Position numbers and translations under genes: made by a program. Positions 40,230 to 56,849 of a DNA stretch of 64,000 nucleotides are shown here, piece after piece. The notes under the pieces were generated by a model. The model made no database searches. It was not told where the DNA came from and saw only the letters and a program-made list of their open reading frames with translations. The stretch is from Octopus sinensis (taxonomy: Eukaryota): the NCBI RefSeq assembly GCF_006345805.1, contig NC_043007.1, positions 51,646,001 through 51,710,000 on the forward strand, written 5' to 3'. Each line of letters begins with the position of its first letter. Within the stretch, counting starts at the first letter, position 1.

Positions 40230-41067
40230 AGACAAGGTAACAGGCTGTATTCTGTTATACGTTGACGTTACTGTGGATAATAGAATCATTGGTGGACAAC
40301 TTTGGCTTCAGTAGACCACAGCAGTGTCCAATCACACAGCGGCGACTTCAAAGATAGATTTGTCCTTATAAATATGTCTTCAATGCATCACTTAAGGAAA
40401 CCGAGTGAAATTTACAATACAGAAGCGCATTAACTGCTTTGTGGTTAACGCATTATCTCACAGAATTGCAATCGACAGTCTGAGTCGTCCTCGAGAAGAG
40501 CATGTAACAGTCGTGGACGGTATGACTTCAAATTCAATTTTTGCATTAGCTGTTGCAAAGAAATTCTCGGTAAGGATAGATCCTGAGACGCACATCGTGT
40601 GGACTTTTTGGACTGTTCACAAAGATAGCGCATCTCATCTCATTTTCTTGAGTCATAGAAGTCCTAGAACGTCCAGATTTCGGTGCATTAATCACTGAAC
40701 TTGTTTCAAATTCATCACTTATACGACAAATTATTAAACGTGTTGGTAGACGTGTGTGAGATGCTTCTTACGGGGTTTGACAAACCAATCGACATTTTCA
40801 GTCTTCCAGTACTGCTTTAGAATCTACTTTCTTGGTTCTTGACACAAAGTATTTGCCATCTTTAACGTACCTGTAAAAAAGAAAATAAATAATAAATTAA
40901 ACTTAAATATAAAAATAATTGTCTCAGTATAAAATGATAGTCGATAACATAAAACAGTTTTCTGGACAGCTTTGAGGAATATTGCTCAGTTCGAGCATTT
41001 ACGAGATTAAACATACTAAAATAAAAATAAGTTGTAAAGTTATACCTATTTTGAGGAGGCCACCCTG
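40230..41067 (-). mobile_element. Tc1/mariner-family transposon 5' remnant
   Basis: End CAGGGTGGCC; translation KSTRCASQDLSLPRISLQQLMQKLNLKSYRPRLLHALLEDDSDCRLQFCE and LWSTEAK (first catalytic WSDEA-like motif). Confidence 0.75.
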
Positions 41068-41075
41068 CGTATACG

Positions 41076-41107
<32 letters not shown>

Positions 41108-41134
41108 ATATATATATCATATATATATATATAT

Positions 41135-44100
41135 AGTTAGGTCAGGTCCGATGTATACAGCATCGGATTCTGCTACTGGTGAACTGTAAACCAGTACAAC
41201 CTGTGTCAGTGGGGTAGAAAGGGCTCCTTAACCGTAGTGAAGGCAATCTGTCTAGGGAGATAACCTTACAACAAATCACTCGGTCCGTAGCTTAGAAATA
41301 CTGGGCTGACGTCCAGCGGGAACAGCTTTGTTTCATGGCGGAGGAAAGATCTTCTTTAGTGCTTGGTTGTACAATGCTTTCCAATGTGTGTAGTAGCGGT
41401 GCGCACACACATTATTAGCCATTTGGAAAGACTATGGAATTTGCAATTAACTGCACCATGGTTCCTCTTCCCCAGGGAACTAGACTTAATGGTATACCTG
41501 TGGATGTAGGTCCAGCCCTTGCTTTACCGGGTCCTGTCTCTGATCACGTTGCACCTCCAAGGGCATGCAATGACGGTGATGCCCACAATCTTAACAGACG
41601 GGTATCACCTGATGGAGAAGAGTCAGCTCCCAACCAAACAACACCAAACAAACATCTCATCAGCTGTAAAATTCATACGATATTCAGCACTTTCAATGCC
41701 AGCACCTTCGGTCCTCTCGGCCGTTTAGAAGAACTTGGTACAAATGCAGAATCACACAGCATTGATATTAGCTGTCCAAGAACACCGATTCTACCACCCT
41801 GACGATATCCTCAAATACCATCAAGTCGGATCTTATCAATTTGTAACCTCCTCAGCATCAAAGAATACTGTTAATTCAACAGTTGGAGGTATCGGCTTTC
41901 TACTTTCATCAAAAGCTAGTGATACTCTCTTGAGTATAGAGTCAATCTCACCCAGAATTATGGTACTTGAGATAGATGGAAATCCGAAAACAACATTGGT
42001 ATGTGTGTATAGCCCACATAATTCGTCTGTGGCAGACGAAATTGAGGATTTTTATACAACTCTTCGTTCAACCATTGAGCAAGTACCGCTCCATAATTTT
42101 CTAGTTATAGCTGGTGATCTGAATGCTAAACTAGGACCCGATGAGACCAAGTTTACTTTTAACTCTAAAACTAATCGGAACGGGGAAATGCTCAAAGACT
42201 TTTTAGAGGAATTTAATCTTTACACCTACAACAATCTCTCTATATATTATTTTATAAAACCAAAAGGACAACTATGGACATTTGAGTATCCATCTGGTGA
42301 CAGGGCACAAATTGACTACCTCATTTTTCGAAAGAAGTGGTGCAATAGTGTCAAAGACTCGAGATCCTACTCTTCCTTTAGTTTTGTTGGCTCCGACCAC
42401 AGAATTGTATCAGCTACCGTTAAGCTTAGTCTTTGCTCATCCAAAAAAGCTAAGCCTCATCCGATGAAAACGATCGACTGGAAGGAAGTCTCGCCTAACC
42501 ACGCTATGTCCACGCAATTTACTATTGAGGTCTATAACAAATTTCAATATTTGTCTACTTTTGAAATTAATGCTGAGAACATTGAAGAAGTTTACAGTAG
42601 CCTCATCGTATCAACAGAGGAAGTTGCACTGGCTACTCTTCCCAAAAAGAAGAGTAGGGGCCAGAGCAAACCTTCTAATTCTCCAAATGTCTTCGAAGCC
42701 AGAAACCATCTAAAGTCTATATCACTAGCTTACCACCATTCTCCATTCCAGTCACTGAAGATCCAACTCATAACTGCCAAGAAGAACCTTGATGATGCTT
42801 ACTTGAACGCCGAGGTCGAATTTATCAACGGCAAAATTAGCAAACTATCCAAAGAGCACATTAATAAAAAACACCATCTTGCCTGGGAAGCCATCAAAGA
42901 CCTATCAGGCAAAAATTCTGGGTCATCAATTAGAATCAAAGGGGGATCAGCTAAGAAGCGTTTAGAAAATGTGTTAACTCATTTAAAAACCTTCTTGGAA
43001 AGAATGCCAAAATCCCTGATAACCCCACTCTTCCAAGTGTGCCTATATCAGATACTCTGGACATCAACACCTCCCCTTTTACCATATATGAACTAACAGC
43101 AGCCACTAAAGAACTGAAAGCCCCGAAAGCATTTGGCCCCGAGAACATCCCAGCTATAATTTGGAAGAATGATAGATTTCACGTACTTTTGTTCAATCTT
43201 TGCCATCACACACTTTCCACTTTTATAGCTCCAAAGATTTGGCCCCAATCTCAAATCATCCCAATACCCCAAAAAGACGATTCATCCCTCGTCACCAACT
43301 ACGGGGGTATATCTCTAATGTCAATTGCTGCAAAATTGTACAACAAACTGATTCTAAACCGTCTCGTCCCTTTTGTTGAATCTTTGCTCCGAAAAAACCA
43401 AAATGGATTCAGACATGGGCGCTCAACGTTGAACCAAATACTATGCCTACGCAGACTCATTGAAGAATCAAAAGCATTTAATCGCGATCTTGCAATGGTG
43501 TTCGTAGACTTTTCTAAAGCGTTCGACTCTGTAGATAGGTATAAGATGTTTGAAATCCTTAAGCTCTATGGGATTCCAGACAAAATCATCTCTGCCATCA
43601 AGGTCCTCTACACAGATACCACTTCAACCATCATAACCCCTGATGGGGAAACATCATCTTTCTCAATCAAAGCCGGAATACTGCAGGGAGACACACTCGC
43701 CCCATTTCTTTTCATCATTGTCGTTGACTATGTGCCACGTATGTCGGTTGATACCATTTCTGGTAAGGGCTTTGAAATAAAACCTAGAAGTTCCAGACAC
43801 CCAGCTGAACACTTAACAGACACTGACTTTGCTGACGACATTGCTCTTATCAGTGATTCTCTCTCCAATGCCCAGTCTCTTTTACAATCTTTGAACAAGC
43901 CTCAAATTCTGTGGGTCTTTACTTCAATGAGTCCAAGACTGAATATGTAAACAAGTGCCTGTTTACATATTCACACATGGGAAATTACCACCTGTATCAT
44001 CTCTTGGGAAAGGTAGAAGAGTCCAGTTTGCTGTACATTGTTGTAGAGCTGAAAACGAGGTAATTTCTACTCTTCTCCTCTGGAAGCCATCTGCTCGCGA

Positions 44101-44248
44101 TACCAGAGGGCACAGACTCTCCTACCCTGATGTAATCTCCAGGGATACAGGCATCCAACAACAGGACCTCCGTAATGCTATGATGGACCGTGAAATCTGG
44201 CGTAACAGTAAAATCTTTTGTCTCGCTCACGGTCGAACAATGAATGAA
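41135..44248 (+). mobile_element. Near full-length RTE-group LINE with an internal deletion after RT
   Basis: 5' UTR, APE plus RT ORF, and a short 3' end with atgaatga tail; flanked by (TA)n on both sides. Confidence 0.85.
41600..43950 (+). pseudogene. APE endonuclease-reverse transcriptase ORF, frameshifted
   Basis: AVQEHR, GGIGFLLS, CVYSPH, AGDLNAKLG, IDYLI, SDHRIV; then QNGFRHGRST, FVDFSKAFDS, GILQGDTLAPFLF, DFADDIAL. Confidence 0.92.
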
Positions 44249-45481
44249 TATATATATATATATGTGTGATTTGCGTCTGCGCAGAGGTTTGAAAAATTAG
44301 TATTTACAAACCGTTAGCTCTACATGAGGATCTAGCAGTCTGTACGTCAGGATTATGAAGGCTGTCCCACTGAAGAAACTTGCCTTCGACGAATATTTTT
44401 TTGCTGGAAATAGTTGGAAACCGTCGGTCTGGGATATAGTTGAGATGGTAAATGTTTTTAATTTTCATTCCTTTCGTGAATATATCCCTTTTCTTGTGTT
44501 CTAGCACAACGCTTTCCTATTTGGAAGCCTCTTATTGTATTTCTATATGAATAATATATAGTCTAATGACTAATTCGTTTTTTGTGCTAGGCTACAGGTA
44601 ATAATAATTTATTATTACCCTATTTTATTATATATATATATATATATACATTCAGATGAATATGGTACTAAAGTTAAAGGCACCAGAATTTGGTATGGTA
44701 TTAACCATATAAATCAAATGGGGTGATTATAATCAAAATAAGCAACAAGGATATCCAAAGTTAGTGTAGTACAATCCTTTCCTGCTACTTCATTTAATAA
44801 AACAATGTAAAACATCAGTTTTAAAATGTAGAGCACTCTTCAGCCACATATGGAATTTTTTAAATTAAATTGACAATGTTCATTTTTATACTTATTCAAT
44901 CTGCCAACATTACAAAGATTTTCTAACTAGAAAATGGCTTAGAGAGGTGAATTTCATCAGTAAAAACATGGTAGTAGATCTTTCTGCATGGGCAGATTTT
45001 TAATCACTGTGTTCACTTTGTTAGTTAGATTTACCAATGAGGAGGGCTTTTTTTATTTAGTTCAGTGGAGACAAACAAGAATTTTTCTATTTATAGATAG
45101 AGGAAGGGGTAGTTCAAATGTCAGACCCTAAAGTCGTTGGGCAAAAGATACTTTGATCAAATTAAGTTTGCATTGTCATCAAGGTCCCCATGTTGACTCG
45201 CAGGAGGTTCGATCGAAAATGCGTGGAAAACACACAAATTGAGAAGAGAAGGGAAAGCATATTAGTGAGGGAGTAATATGTTGGAGTGGGTGAATGTCTA
45301 AACTTGTTAAGGAAAAGAATACGAAATAGAAAAGGAGAGTAGGGACATGTAGCGGAATTTTTTTTTGTTTAACTGAAGCTAACTAGGGGAATATTTTTGT
45401 GAATTTAGGTTGGGGTCATTTACGTTTGAATGAATAAGTAAATATGTGTGTGTGTGTACATACATACATACATATATATAT

Positions 45482-45513
<32 letters not shown>

Positions 45514-45568
45514 ACGTTTAAATATTTGTTGTGCAAGATTTTTTATGTGAAGTCGTGTGTTGAAACAG

Positions 45569-45632
45569 ATATTGTTATATTTCGGAATATTGGCTAAACT
45601 GGCAATATGACCATTCCGAAATATAACAATAT
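45569..45632. repeat. Hairpin with perfect 20-bp stem next to (TA)n
   Basis: atattgttatatttcggaat / attccgaaatataacaatat. Confidence 0.85.
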
Positions 45633-45636
45633 ATAT

Positions 45637-45714
<78 letters not shown>

Positions 45715-46001
45715 TATGCTTCGCCTCACCTGCCACATTAGTAAAGGTGAAACCTGGGTCAAGATTCCTACGACTATTAATATTAACACCCCTAGCTCTC
45801 ACTTCATTCAATTTGTTGATTCTTTCAGTTTTACTTCGAAACGACATCGGGTGAGGATCCTGACCAAAGTGCACCGACCATGATGCCAGGTTATATATCC
45901 AAAAGTGTGCAGTCACTGCAGTTGAAACACGTATAGTTCCGGAATAAACTCTGTAAATAACTGCTAAATAAAACTATGGATGTGAAAAATCTCTGTTCTT
46001 A

Positions 46002-46426
46002 TAGGCGCAGACGTGGCTGAGTGGTAAGAAGCTTGCTTCTCAGCCACATGTTTCCGGGTACAGTCCCACTGCGTGACACCTTCGGCATGTGTCTTCTACT
46101 ATAGCCTCGGGTCAACCAAAGGCTTGTGAGAGGATTTGGTAGACGGAAACTAAAAGAAGCCCATCGTATAAGTGTGTGTGTATGTGTGTATGTGTGTATG
46201 TTTATTTATGCATGTGTGTCTTTGTGTCCATGTTTTTCCCCATCATCGCTTGAAAACCGATGTTGGTGTGTTTACGTCCCCGTAACTTAGCGGTTCGGCA
46301 AAAGATACCGATAGAGTAAGTACTAGGCTTACAAAGAAGTTCTGAGGTCGATTTCTCCAACTTAAACCCTTTAAGGCGGTGCTCTAGCATGGCCGCAGTA
46401 AAATGACTGAAACAAGTAAAAGAATC
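46002..46426 (+). mobile_element. tRNA-headed SINE family 1, full length
   Basis: aggcgcagacgtggctgagtggtaagaagc head through gactgaaacaagtaaaagaat tail. Confidence 0.88.
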
Positions 46427-46429
46427 ATG

Positions 46430-46562
<133 letters not shown>

Positions 46563-46709
46563 ATTCTCTAAACGAGATATAGACAGTAACTGCTCCATAA
46601 CAAAAGGGACATTAGCCATTTGAATGTGGCTAGGGACAGGGCAGGGCGGTAGGGGTGTTACTGATGCATTTAGCCCCAGGCGATCATCAACGTCACCAGA
46701 TAGGCTGAC

Positions 46710-46790
<81 letters not shown>

Positions 46791-47149
46791 AAGATAGATT
46801 ATTTAATAAACACAGTATATGTTTCTATGTGTTACTATTAGTTTTATGCCCTGGGACCATGCCGAACAGTGTTTTTTAACGCGTCTGGTGTCCTAGTGCA
46901 ATCATCAGACACTGCCCACATGGCATAACGAATTAAAAATGGTATGATAGGATGAGAGAAAAAGCGTGAAAAGGCGAGAAAGGAGTAGATATAAAAGGTG
47001 GAAAGTTGAAAAACCGGAAAACGAAAAAGAAATCAGAAAGAAGCAAAACGGGAGAATTGGAGTTATATCCCCTTATACTGTGAAATATAAGGCTGAAAAT
47101 ACAGTAGCTTACAGTCAATGGTACAGTTATTCAATCCGGAAAGGTAAGG

Positions 47150-47810
47150 ACATTGCAATTCCTCAACAAGGAACATGCTTACAACCGTTGAAAATTTCGG
47201 GTCTAGTATTCAGAAGTGAGTTAGAGTGCTTAGATCTGAAAAGGTTTTGAGTTCTTTCAACTATGCATAGCTTAGATCTTTTTGATCTGTTAACATATGG
47301 TGTGGATTTTCCACTATTTTCCACGTTAGCGTATGTGGTGTGGCGTTCGATTTCAAACCCCATACGTGGCTAGCTAACTTAGCTTTACTTTTGTCCCTGA
47401 GTCGGAAGGAAGATATGTGATTAGCATGCGATTTTTTAATTCGCCTTCACATAGTTCTTCTTATCGGTTGTGTTATCGTCTAGCGTTGCTGTAACTTCTG
47501 CCACATATATGACGGATTTAATATCACTCAGGCTCCTAGATCTCGACAGTTACAACTGGGAGTGGGGTCTTGATATTGATGCTCTTCGTAGTGGAACAGC
47601 AGCTATATGACCATTTTATTGAGCGCCTGTTAAATATTTTTCTGTACCTGTACCTGCCTTCCTGAAAATTCCTTTAGAGGAAGAGAGGTTAGAAACTCTG
47701 TTACTAATGTTAGCTATCCGGTTTTTAAATATTACAGGTGGATGACAAGACAGTTTATATATATAGGAAAGTATCTCGTTGGGCTTAAGATAACTACACA
47801 TAAGCCGAAT
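47150..47810 (-). mobile_element. Penelope-like element remnant (RT thumb and GIY-YIG)
   Basis: Minus strand KPNEILSYIYKLSCHPP..ISNRVSNLSS, CNCR, SVIYVAEV..KNYV, KRSKLCIVE..LLNTRPEIFNGCKH. Confidence 0.85.
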
Positions 47811-47838
47811 GAGAAACTGTTATATATATATATATATA

Positions 47839-47881
<43 letters not shown>

Positions 47882-47883
<2 letters not shown>

Positions 47884-48182
47884 GTGGAGGCGCAATGGCC
47901 CAGCGGTTAGGGCAGTGGACTCGCGGTCGTAGGATCGCGGTTTCGATTCCCAGATGTGTTGTGAGTGTTTATTGAGCGAAAACACCTAAAGCTCCACGAG
48001 GCTCCGGCAGGGGGTGGTGGCGATCCTTGCTGTACTCTTTCGCCACAACTTTCTCTCACTCTTTCTTCTGTTGGCCTGCTCGCTTAGCCAGCGGGGTGGC
48101 GTCATTTAAGGGCTAAAACAATGCGAAACGCATTGTGACCAGCGATGTGTAGCAACATCTGATAGTCTGGTCGGTCACGGAA
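47882..48182 (+). mobile_element. tRNA-headed SINE family 3
   Basis: A box TGGCCCAGCGG and B box GTTTCGATTCC; body matches 25237-25521. Confidence 0.85.
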
Positions 48183-48185
48183 GAT

Positions 48186-48246
<61 letters not shown>

Positions 48247-49269
48247 ACAAATGGATGTCTTATAAAACTATTCCGCACATACAATAACAGCCATACCAAT
48301 AATCCAACATACCTCCATCATCAGCTGCCCCACGGATATCACTATGGTTTCGACACCTGGGCAGTACCGTTCAATCCGGCGGTTTCAGCAGCAATAAAAT
48401 AAGTGTTGTTTAGGAACAAACATACCTTAGATATCACCCCATGTATTCAATCTTAATTCTAGGAAGGATTAAAACTAACATTATTAACTAAACTACATTT
48501 AAAGAAACCACATTTACCCGATGTACAAAAACAGTATCGGTAAATTAACAAGTAAACCTACAACTAACTCCTAAATTATTTAACTAAATAGCAACCCAGT
48601 CCTTGAAGTCCATATAGATAATATTCCACGGTTATTAAAATAAAAGTGAAAGCTTTTATATCCTATTCCTTCCAAAACAAAACAAACTCGATTGAACTTA
48701 ACTAATAATTCAACTAAAAGTGAGATACACTATTTCATAATCCAAAAGTTAATAATTAAAACACTCCATACGTTTTAAATATTCGTTATCTTTACATGCT
48801 TTAGTGTTAAACTTATACCAGTAATTTGATAGATAATACTAAAATATCCTTATTAAATCAGAAACTAATAAAAGATTACCTATAATTAACACTTATCATT
48901 AAAAACCTTGTTACAGATAAAACCAAATATATAACTCTTTAAAAGATAATATAAAATATAAAGTATTACCACTTACATTTTATCTGCACACACGAGGTAC
49001 AAGTCAACTATTTTCTCAAAGTACTTCAACTATTTGATGGCGTGTACGTAGTCTCCGACTTTCTCAAATGTCTTTAACTATTTTGGTGACGTAATACGCA
49101 ATTAGAGTGACTTGTAAACAGTCCAAATATGGACAACCTACAATCCAAATCATTAGACGTTTACAAATATTTACTAAGTTGAAGGTTAGATATTACACAA
49201 TATTTATTTAGAATTTCCAGTCTCCCACCTAAACAGTGATTAAACGTTTTAACTAATTTACCATATCTA

Positions 49270-50560
49270 TACCCCTTGTTCTACTAAATGTCTCAACAGG
49301 GTATAAGTTCTTTGATCAGAAACTTAATCATCTACTCTATATGGATGATCTAAAACTGGTTGCCCAAAGCGACAAAGAATTATAAGAGCTGACATGCAGA
49401 ATATGGATGGAAAGATCCGTAAAACTTTTACAAGGTACCGAATGCACCATCCAAAATCAGATGTAGATAGGATTTATCTCCCAAGAAAAATAGGTGGAAG
49501 AGGCCTGATACAGCTCGGACAATCCTTCAAATCAGCAATATTAAGCCTTGAAACGTACCTTAATACAAGTGATGTGCTTTTGCGGACTGTACTTAAGCAT
49601 AAAGATTCCAAGCACGCTTCGGTAAGAAATTTATAAAGTCTCTTGACCTACAAATTAACAATAAGAATGACCAAAGGCTCCCAAATACTGACAGACCTAC
49701 CATTGCTTCTCCTGATTTAGAAATTAACAATCAGAAAGACCATCACGATCCAAATAGTCACAAATCTATCACTGATGCAAAAATCATCAAACAAAAAGCA
49801 AATAAGGTTTTGTATGAATGATATCGAAGGCAACTGGAAAGGCAAACTCCTGCATGGAAAATACCCTAACCGCCTGTCCAAGCCAGATATTGATCAAAGT
49901 CTAACATACCAATGGCTACAAGGGAAAGGTCTGAAAAGGGAAATAGGTTTTCTTATTGTAGCGCAAGATCAGAGCTTACCTACCAGAAACTACCATGCAA
50001 ACGTTCCTAAAATGGATTTGACCTCTCATGCAGAATTTGCAGAAAATTCACAGAGGGAAGTGATCATGTTGTTTCTCGCTGCCCAGTCCTCGCTGAAAAG
50101 GAGTACCTCATAAGACATGACAGACTAGGGCAGTACATCCACAGAAATGCTTGTAAATACTACAAAATTAAGTCCCATAAGTGGTACAGGCACCATCCAG
50201 AGGATGTAGCAAATGGCGACGGCGTCACCATCCTTTGGAACTTCCCAATACAAACAGATAGAAAAATTAACTCCAAAAGACCAGACATTTTGATCAAGAA
50301 CTATAACAGAGGAACTTGTCTATAAATAAATATTTCAGTCACACAAGATCAAAATGTCTCAAGAAAGGAATACGAAAAGCTTTCTCGCTAAAATATATGC
50401 AAATTGAAGTCACAAAAATGTGGAAGCATAATACTACGATAATACCAGTGGTAATTGTTGCGTTGGGAATGATAAAGAAGGTAGCTGAGAAGTATATTAA
50501 GCAACTCCCTGGTTACTCCTTGATGGGTACAGCCCATATACTACGGAAAGCACTCTCCAT
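49270..50560 (+). mobile_element. Old R4/Dong-like LINE fragment
   Basis: KLNHLLYMDDLKL, MHHPKSDVDRIYLPRKIGGRGLIQL, LHGKY, AQDQSLPTRNY, IIPVVIVALGMIKK, GTAHILRKALS; many stops and deletions. Confidence 0.88.
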
Positions 50561-50662
50561 CTTAAAATGGAATAAATGTGATAATTTTAGCATGCACAGC
50601 AAAACAATTGTGCCCTTGCTACTTTTGGCAGCTGAAATAAAGTTAGAATGAAAAGGAACCAT

Positions 50663-53671
<3,009 letters not shown>

Positions 53672-54041
53672 AATAATAATAAAAATAATAATAATAATAA
53701 TAACATCAACAACAACGACGTCGACGATGATGATGATGATGAGAATAAGAATAAGAATAATAATCATTACAGAGTTTTATGTTGAACGGGAAATTAATTT
53801 TGCAGCTGATGTCTGAACTTTGAATTTGTTTTTGTATGTAAACTAAAACCGATACACTCATGTACGCTCTCACATACTCACACAAGAGTTACCGATATGA
53901 ACTTACTGAGACACACAAAATATCTATATCTATATCTATATGTCTATTTATACACACAGACACACACACACAGAGATAAATATATTAGATACACATATAT
54001 GTGTGTGTGTGTATATATATATTTATATATATATGTGCGTA

Positions 54042-54077
<36 letters not shown>

Positions 54078-54120
54078 TGTATGTATGTATGTATGTATGT
54101 ATGTATGTTTGTATGTATGT

Positions 54121-54773
54121 AAACTAAACAACTCTTTTATGGAGAGTTAGCTAAAAGAGAACGACCTCCACATAAACCAAAAAAAGAGGTATAAGGACTT
54201 GCTGAAGACTTCCTTAGGAGATGCTTGCATCTCTCCTGACGCATGGGAGGGCATAGCTATTGATCGTAGCAGGCGGAGAAGGATTGTGCACGAGGGGACA
54301 GCTACTTTTGCGAAATCTCGAGTTGCGCATGAGAAAGTAACAAGGGATGTCAGGAAGGGCATCGCTCTTACACTTCCAGATGGGAAGAGTCTTCCTATGA
54401 TGCTGACATGTGGTGTCTGTGCAAGACCCTGCCTCAAAAGCTGGACTCATGAGTCATCTTCGTAGTCATAAAGCGAGACAGATGAGTGACAACCTGGCCA
54501 CTGGTGGTGGTGTTACAGACCATACTTATCATATCTGTCAGCCATGTGGAAGAGAGTGTAATTCGGTAGGAGCATTTAAACGACATACAAAGGTACAATG
54601 AGCCCAGTTACAACTACAGCCGGCTATTGCCAGTAAAGATCTTAGCTGCCAATTCTGTACAAGACATTGTAGATCTTTAGCTGGGCTAAAAAGTCACATT
54701 CGATCACAGCACCAATAACAGTTAAGCTTCGTGCAATGGCCATACTCGATAACGAGGGGGCAGCCATCATCAT
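54121..54773 (+). mobile_element. RTE-BovB-like LINE 3' fragment with three C2H2-like fingers, inside (ATGT)n
   Basis: KQLFYGEL..RPPHKPKKRYKDLLKTSL..AWE.IA.DR; then CGVC..SHLRSH, CQPC..KRH and CQFC..KSHIRSQH; tail cagccatcatcat. Confidence 0.82.
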
Positions 54774-55186
54774 GTATGTATGTATGTATGTATGTATGTA
54801 TGTATGTATGTATGTATGTATGTATGTATGTATGTATGTATGTATGTATGTATGTATGTATGTATGTATGTATGTATGTATGTATGTATGTATGTATGTA
54901 TGTATGTGTGTATATGCATATATACGCTGAGTAACCAGAAACGGTCTCTGTATGACATGACCGTTGTAGTTCAGGCTTCCACCACTAGCAACCACTTTAT
55001 GCGACCCTCAGACATCAGTTGCCGACTGACATCGTACTGTGAGGTTGTACTGTCACGTGGCATGTCTTTGTATTGCAGTGCTTTCACCCTGTTCGTTGAT
55101 TTTTGCGATGGCTTAAACGAAGGAAAGCCATCCTTCCGTGAAATTCTGTAAAACTAAGTGAATGAAATAACATTGCAAAATTCCAG

Positions 55187-55256
<70 letters not shown>

Positions 55257-55351
55257 TAATAAAATAAGGATAAAAGTCACGTTAACGATAATTATCAGGT
55301 TGTCAACATGGAAGAAGCAATTTATAGTAATTTATATATTAAATTAATAAT

Positions 55352-55382
<31 letters not shown>

Positions 55383-55390
55383 TATATATA

Positions 55391-55712
55391 TAATTATTTT
55401 AAGGGTGAAAGTCAAAACAAGACTTATCTTCCCCATACTGAATTAATGTCCAAGCATTATAAAGCTACCGAAAAAAATCCATAAATACATGCGATTGAAA
55501 GCGGGCTAGTGAGAGGATATTAAAAAGATTCCACATTAACTGCGAATTAGCTAATTTCAAGATCAAAATTTTAAATAGATTTCCTACTATCTCACTAGCC
55601 TGCTTTCAATCGCATGTAGTTATAGAGTTTTTCGGTAGCTTCATAATGCTTGAACATTAATTCAGTGTGGGGGAGAATAGTCTTGTTTTAACTTTCAATC
55701 TTAAAATAATTA
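55391..55712. repeat. Fold-back element with about 125-bp arms and about 70-nt loop, between (TA)n tracts
   Basis: taattattttaag..gactt...gcgattgaaagcgggctagtgag pairs with ctcactagcctgctttcaatcgc...cttaaaataatta. Confidence 0.9.
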
Positions 55713-55771
55713 TATATATATACATATATATATATTATATATATATATAGATATATATATATATATATAAT

Positions 55772-55831
<60 letters not shown>

Positions 55832-56527
55832 TATATACATATATATATATATATTATATATTATATATATATATAATATATATATATAATATATATATAT
55901 ATATAATATATATATAATATATATATATATACATACATACATACATACTACATACATACATACATACATACATACATACATACATACATACATACATACA
56001 TACATACATACGTATAGCAATACTGTCTTATAAAACAGACTTGGCGCTAATCTCTAAGGCCATTCGTAATTTGTAATTTCGCATTGTAGCACAGGCGATG
56101 AATTCTTATATATTTTCATGAGATATATATCAGCTAACGTACAGTCGATGGATTAGGTATTTGCTGCCGAGAGACTCTCATTTTAACGAACCCAACGACC
56201 CTAATTAGTCTGAAGTATACGATGCGACAGTACTATCAACGGATACTAAAATTTCTACGCTGTTTATTCAAACTAAGTCTGTGTTTGCATAAACAGGGGA
56301 CAAACACAAAAATGAACATTGATACGTGTATCTAGTCAACACCTTCATACTTCATACGTTAATGAATGTATGTGTTTATGGGTATGTATAACGTTTGCTG
56401 AACCAGTTCTATCTACATACTTGCGAAGAACACGCAAATGCATGCATGCATGTATGTATGTACATACGTACATATGTACGTATGTATGTATTTATGTATG
56501 TATGTTTGTGTGCTTGAATATATATAT

Positions 56528-56608
<81 letters not shown>

Positions 56609-56849
56609 AGAGAGGAACACACATATAGGTATATTCGTACCTACAGAAACATTTATGTATAAACGAGTAGTTTAGAGATTTGTAGGTAGGATAGAGTTAG
56701 TATATAAAGATGTTAAAAAAATTGGTGTACTAAACTTACTTGAGTATATTTATTGATCTAACAACTTCAGCCTAAACACACACGCACGCACATACTCACT
56801 AACATATGTATATTCATCCGCGTGTGTGAATCCATATATATATATAGTT

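Noticed and set aside
47882-47955. tRNA-like sequence with A and B boxes (also at 27360-27432 and 46002-46075)
   Set aside because: Each continues into a multi-copy SINE body and lacks a complete acceptor stem, so these are SINE heads and not tRNA genes.
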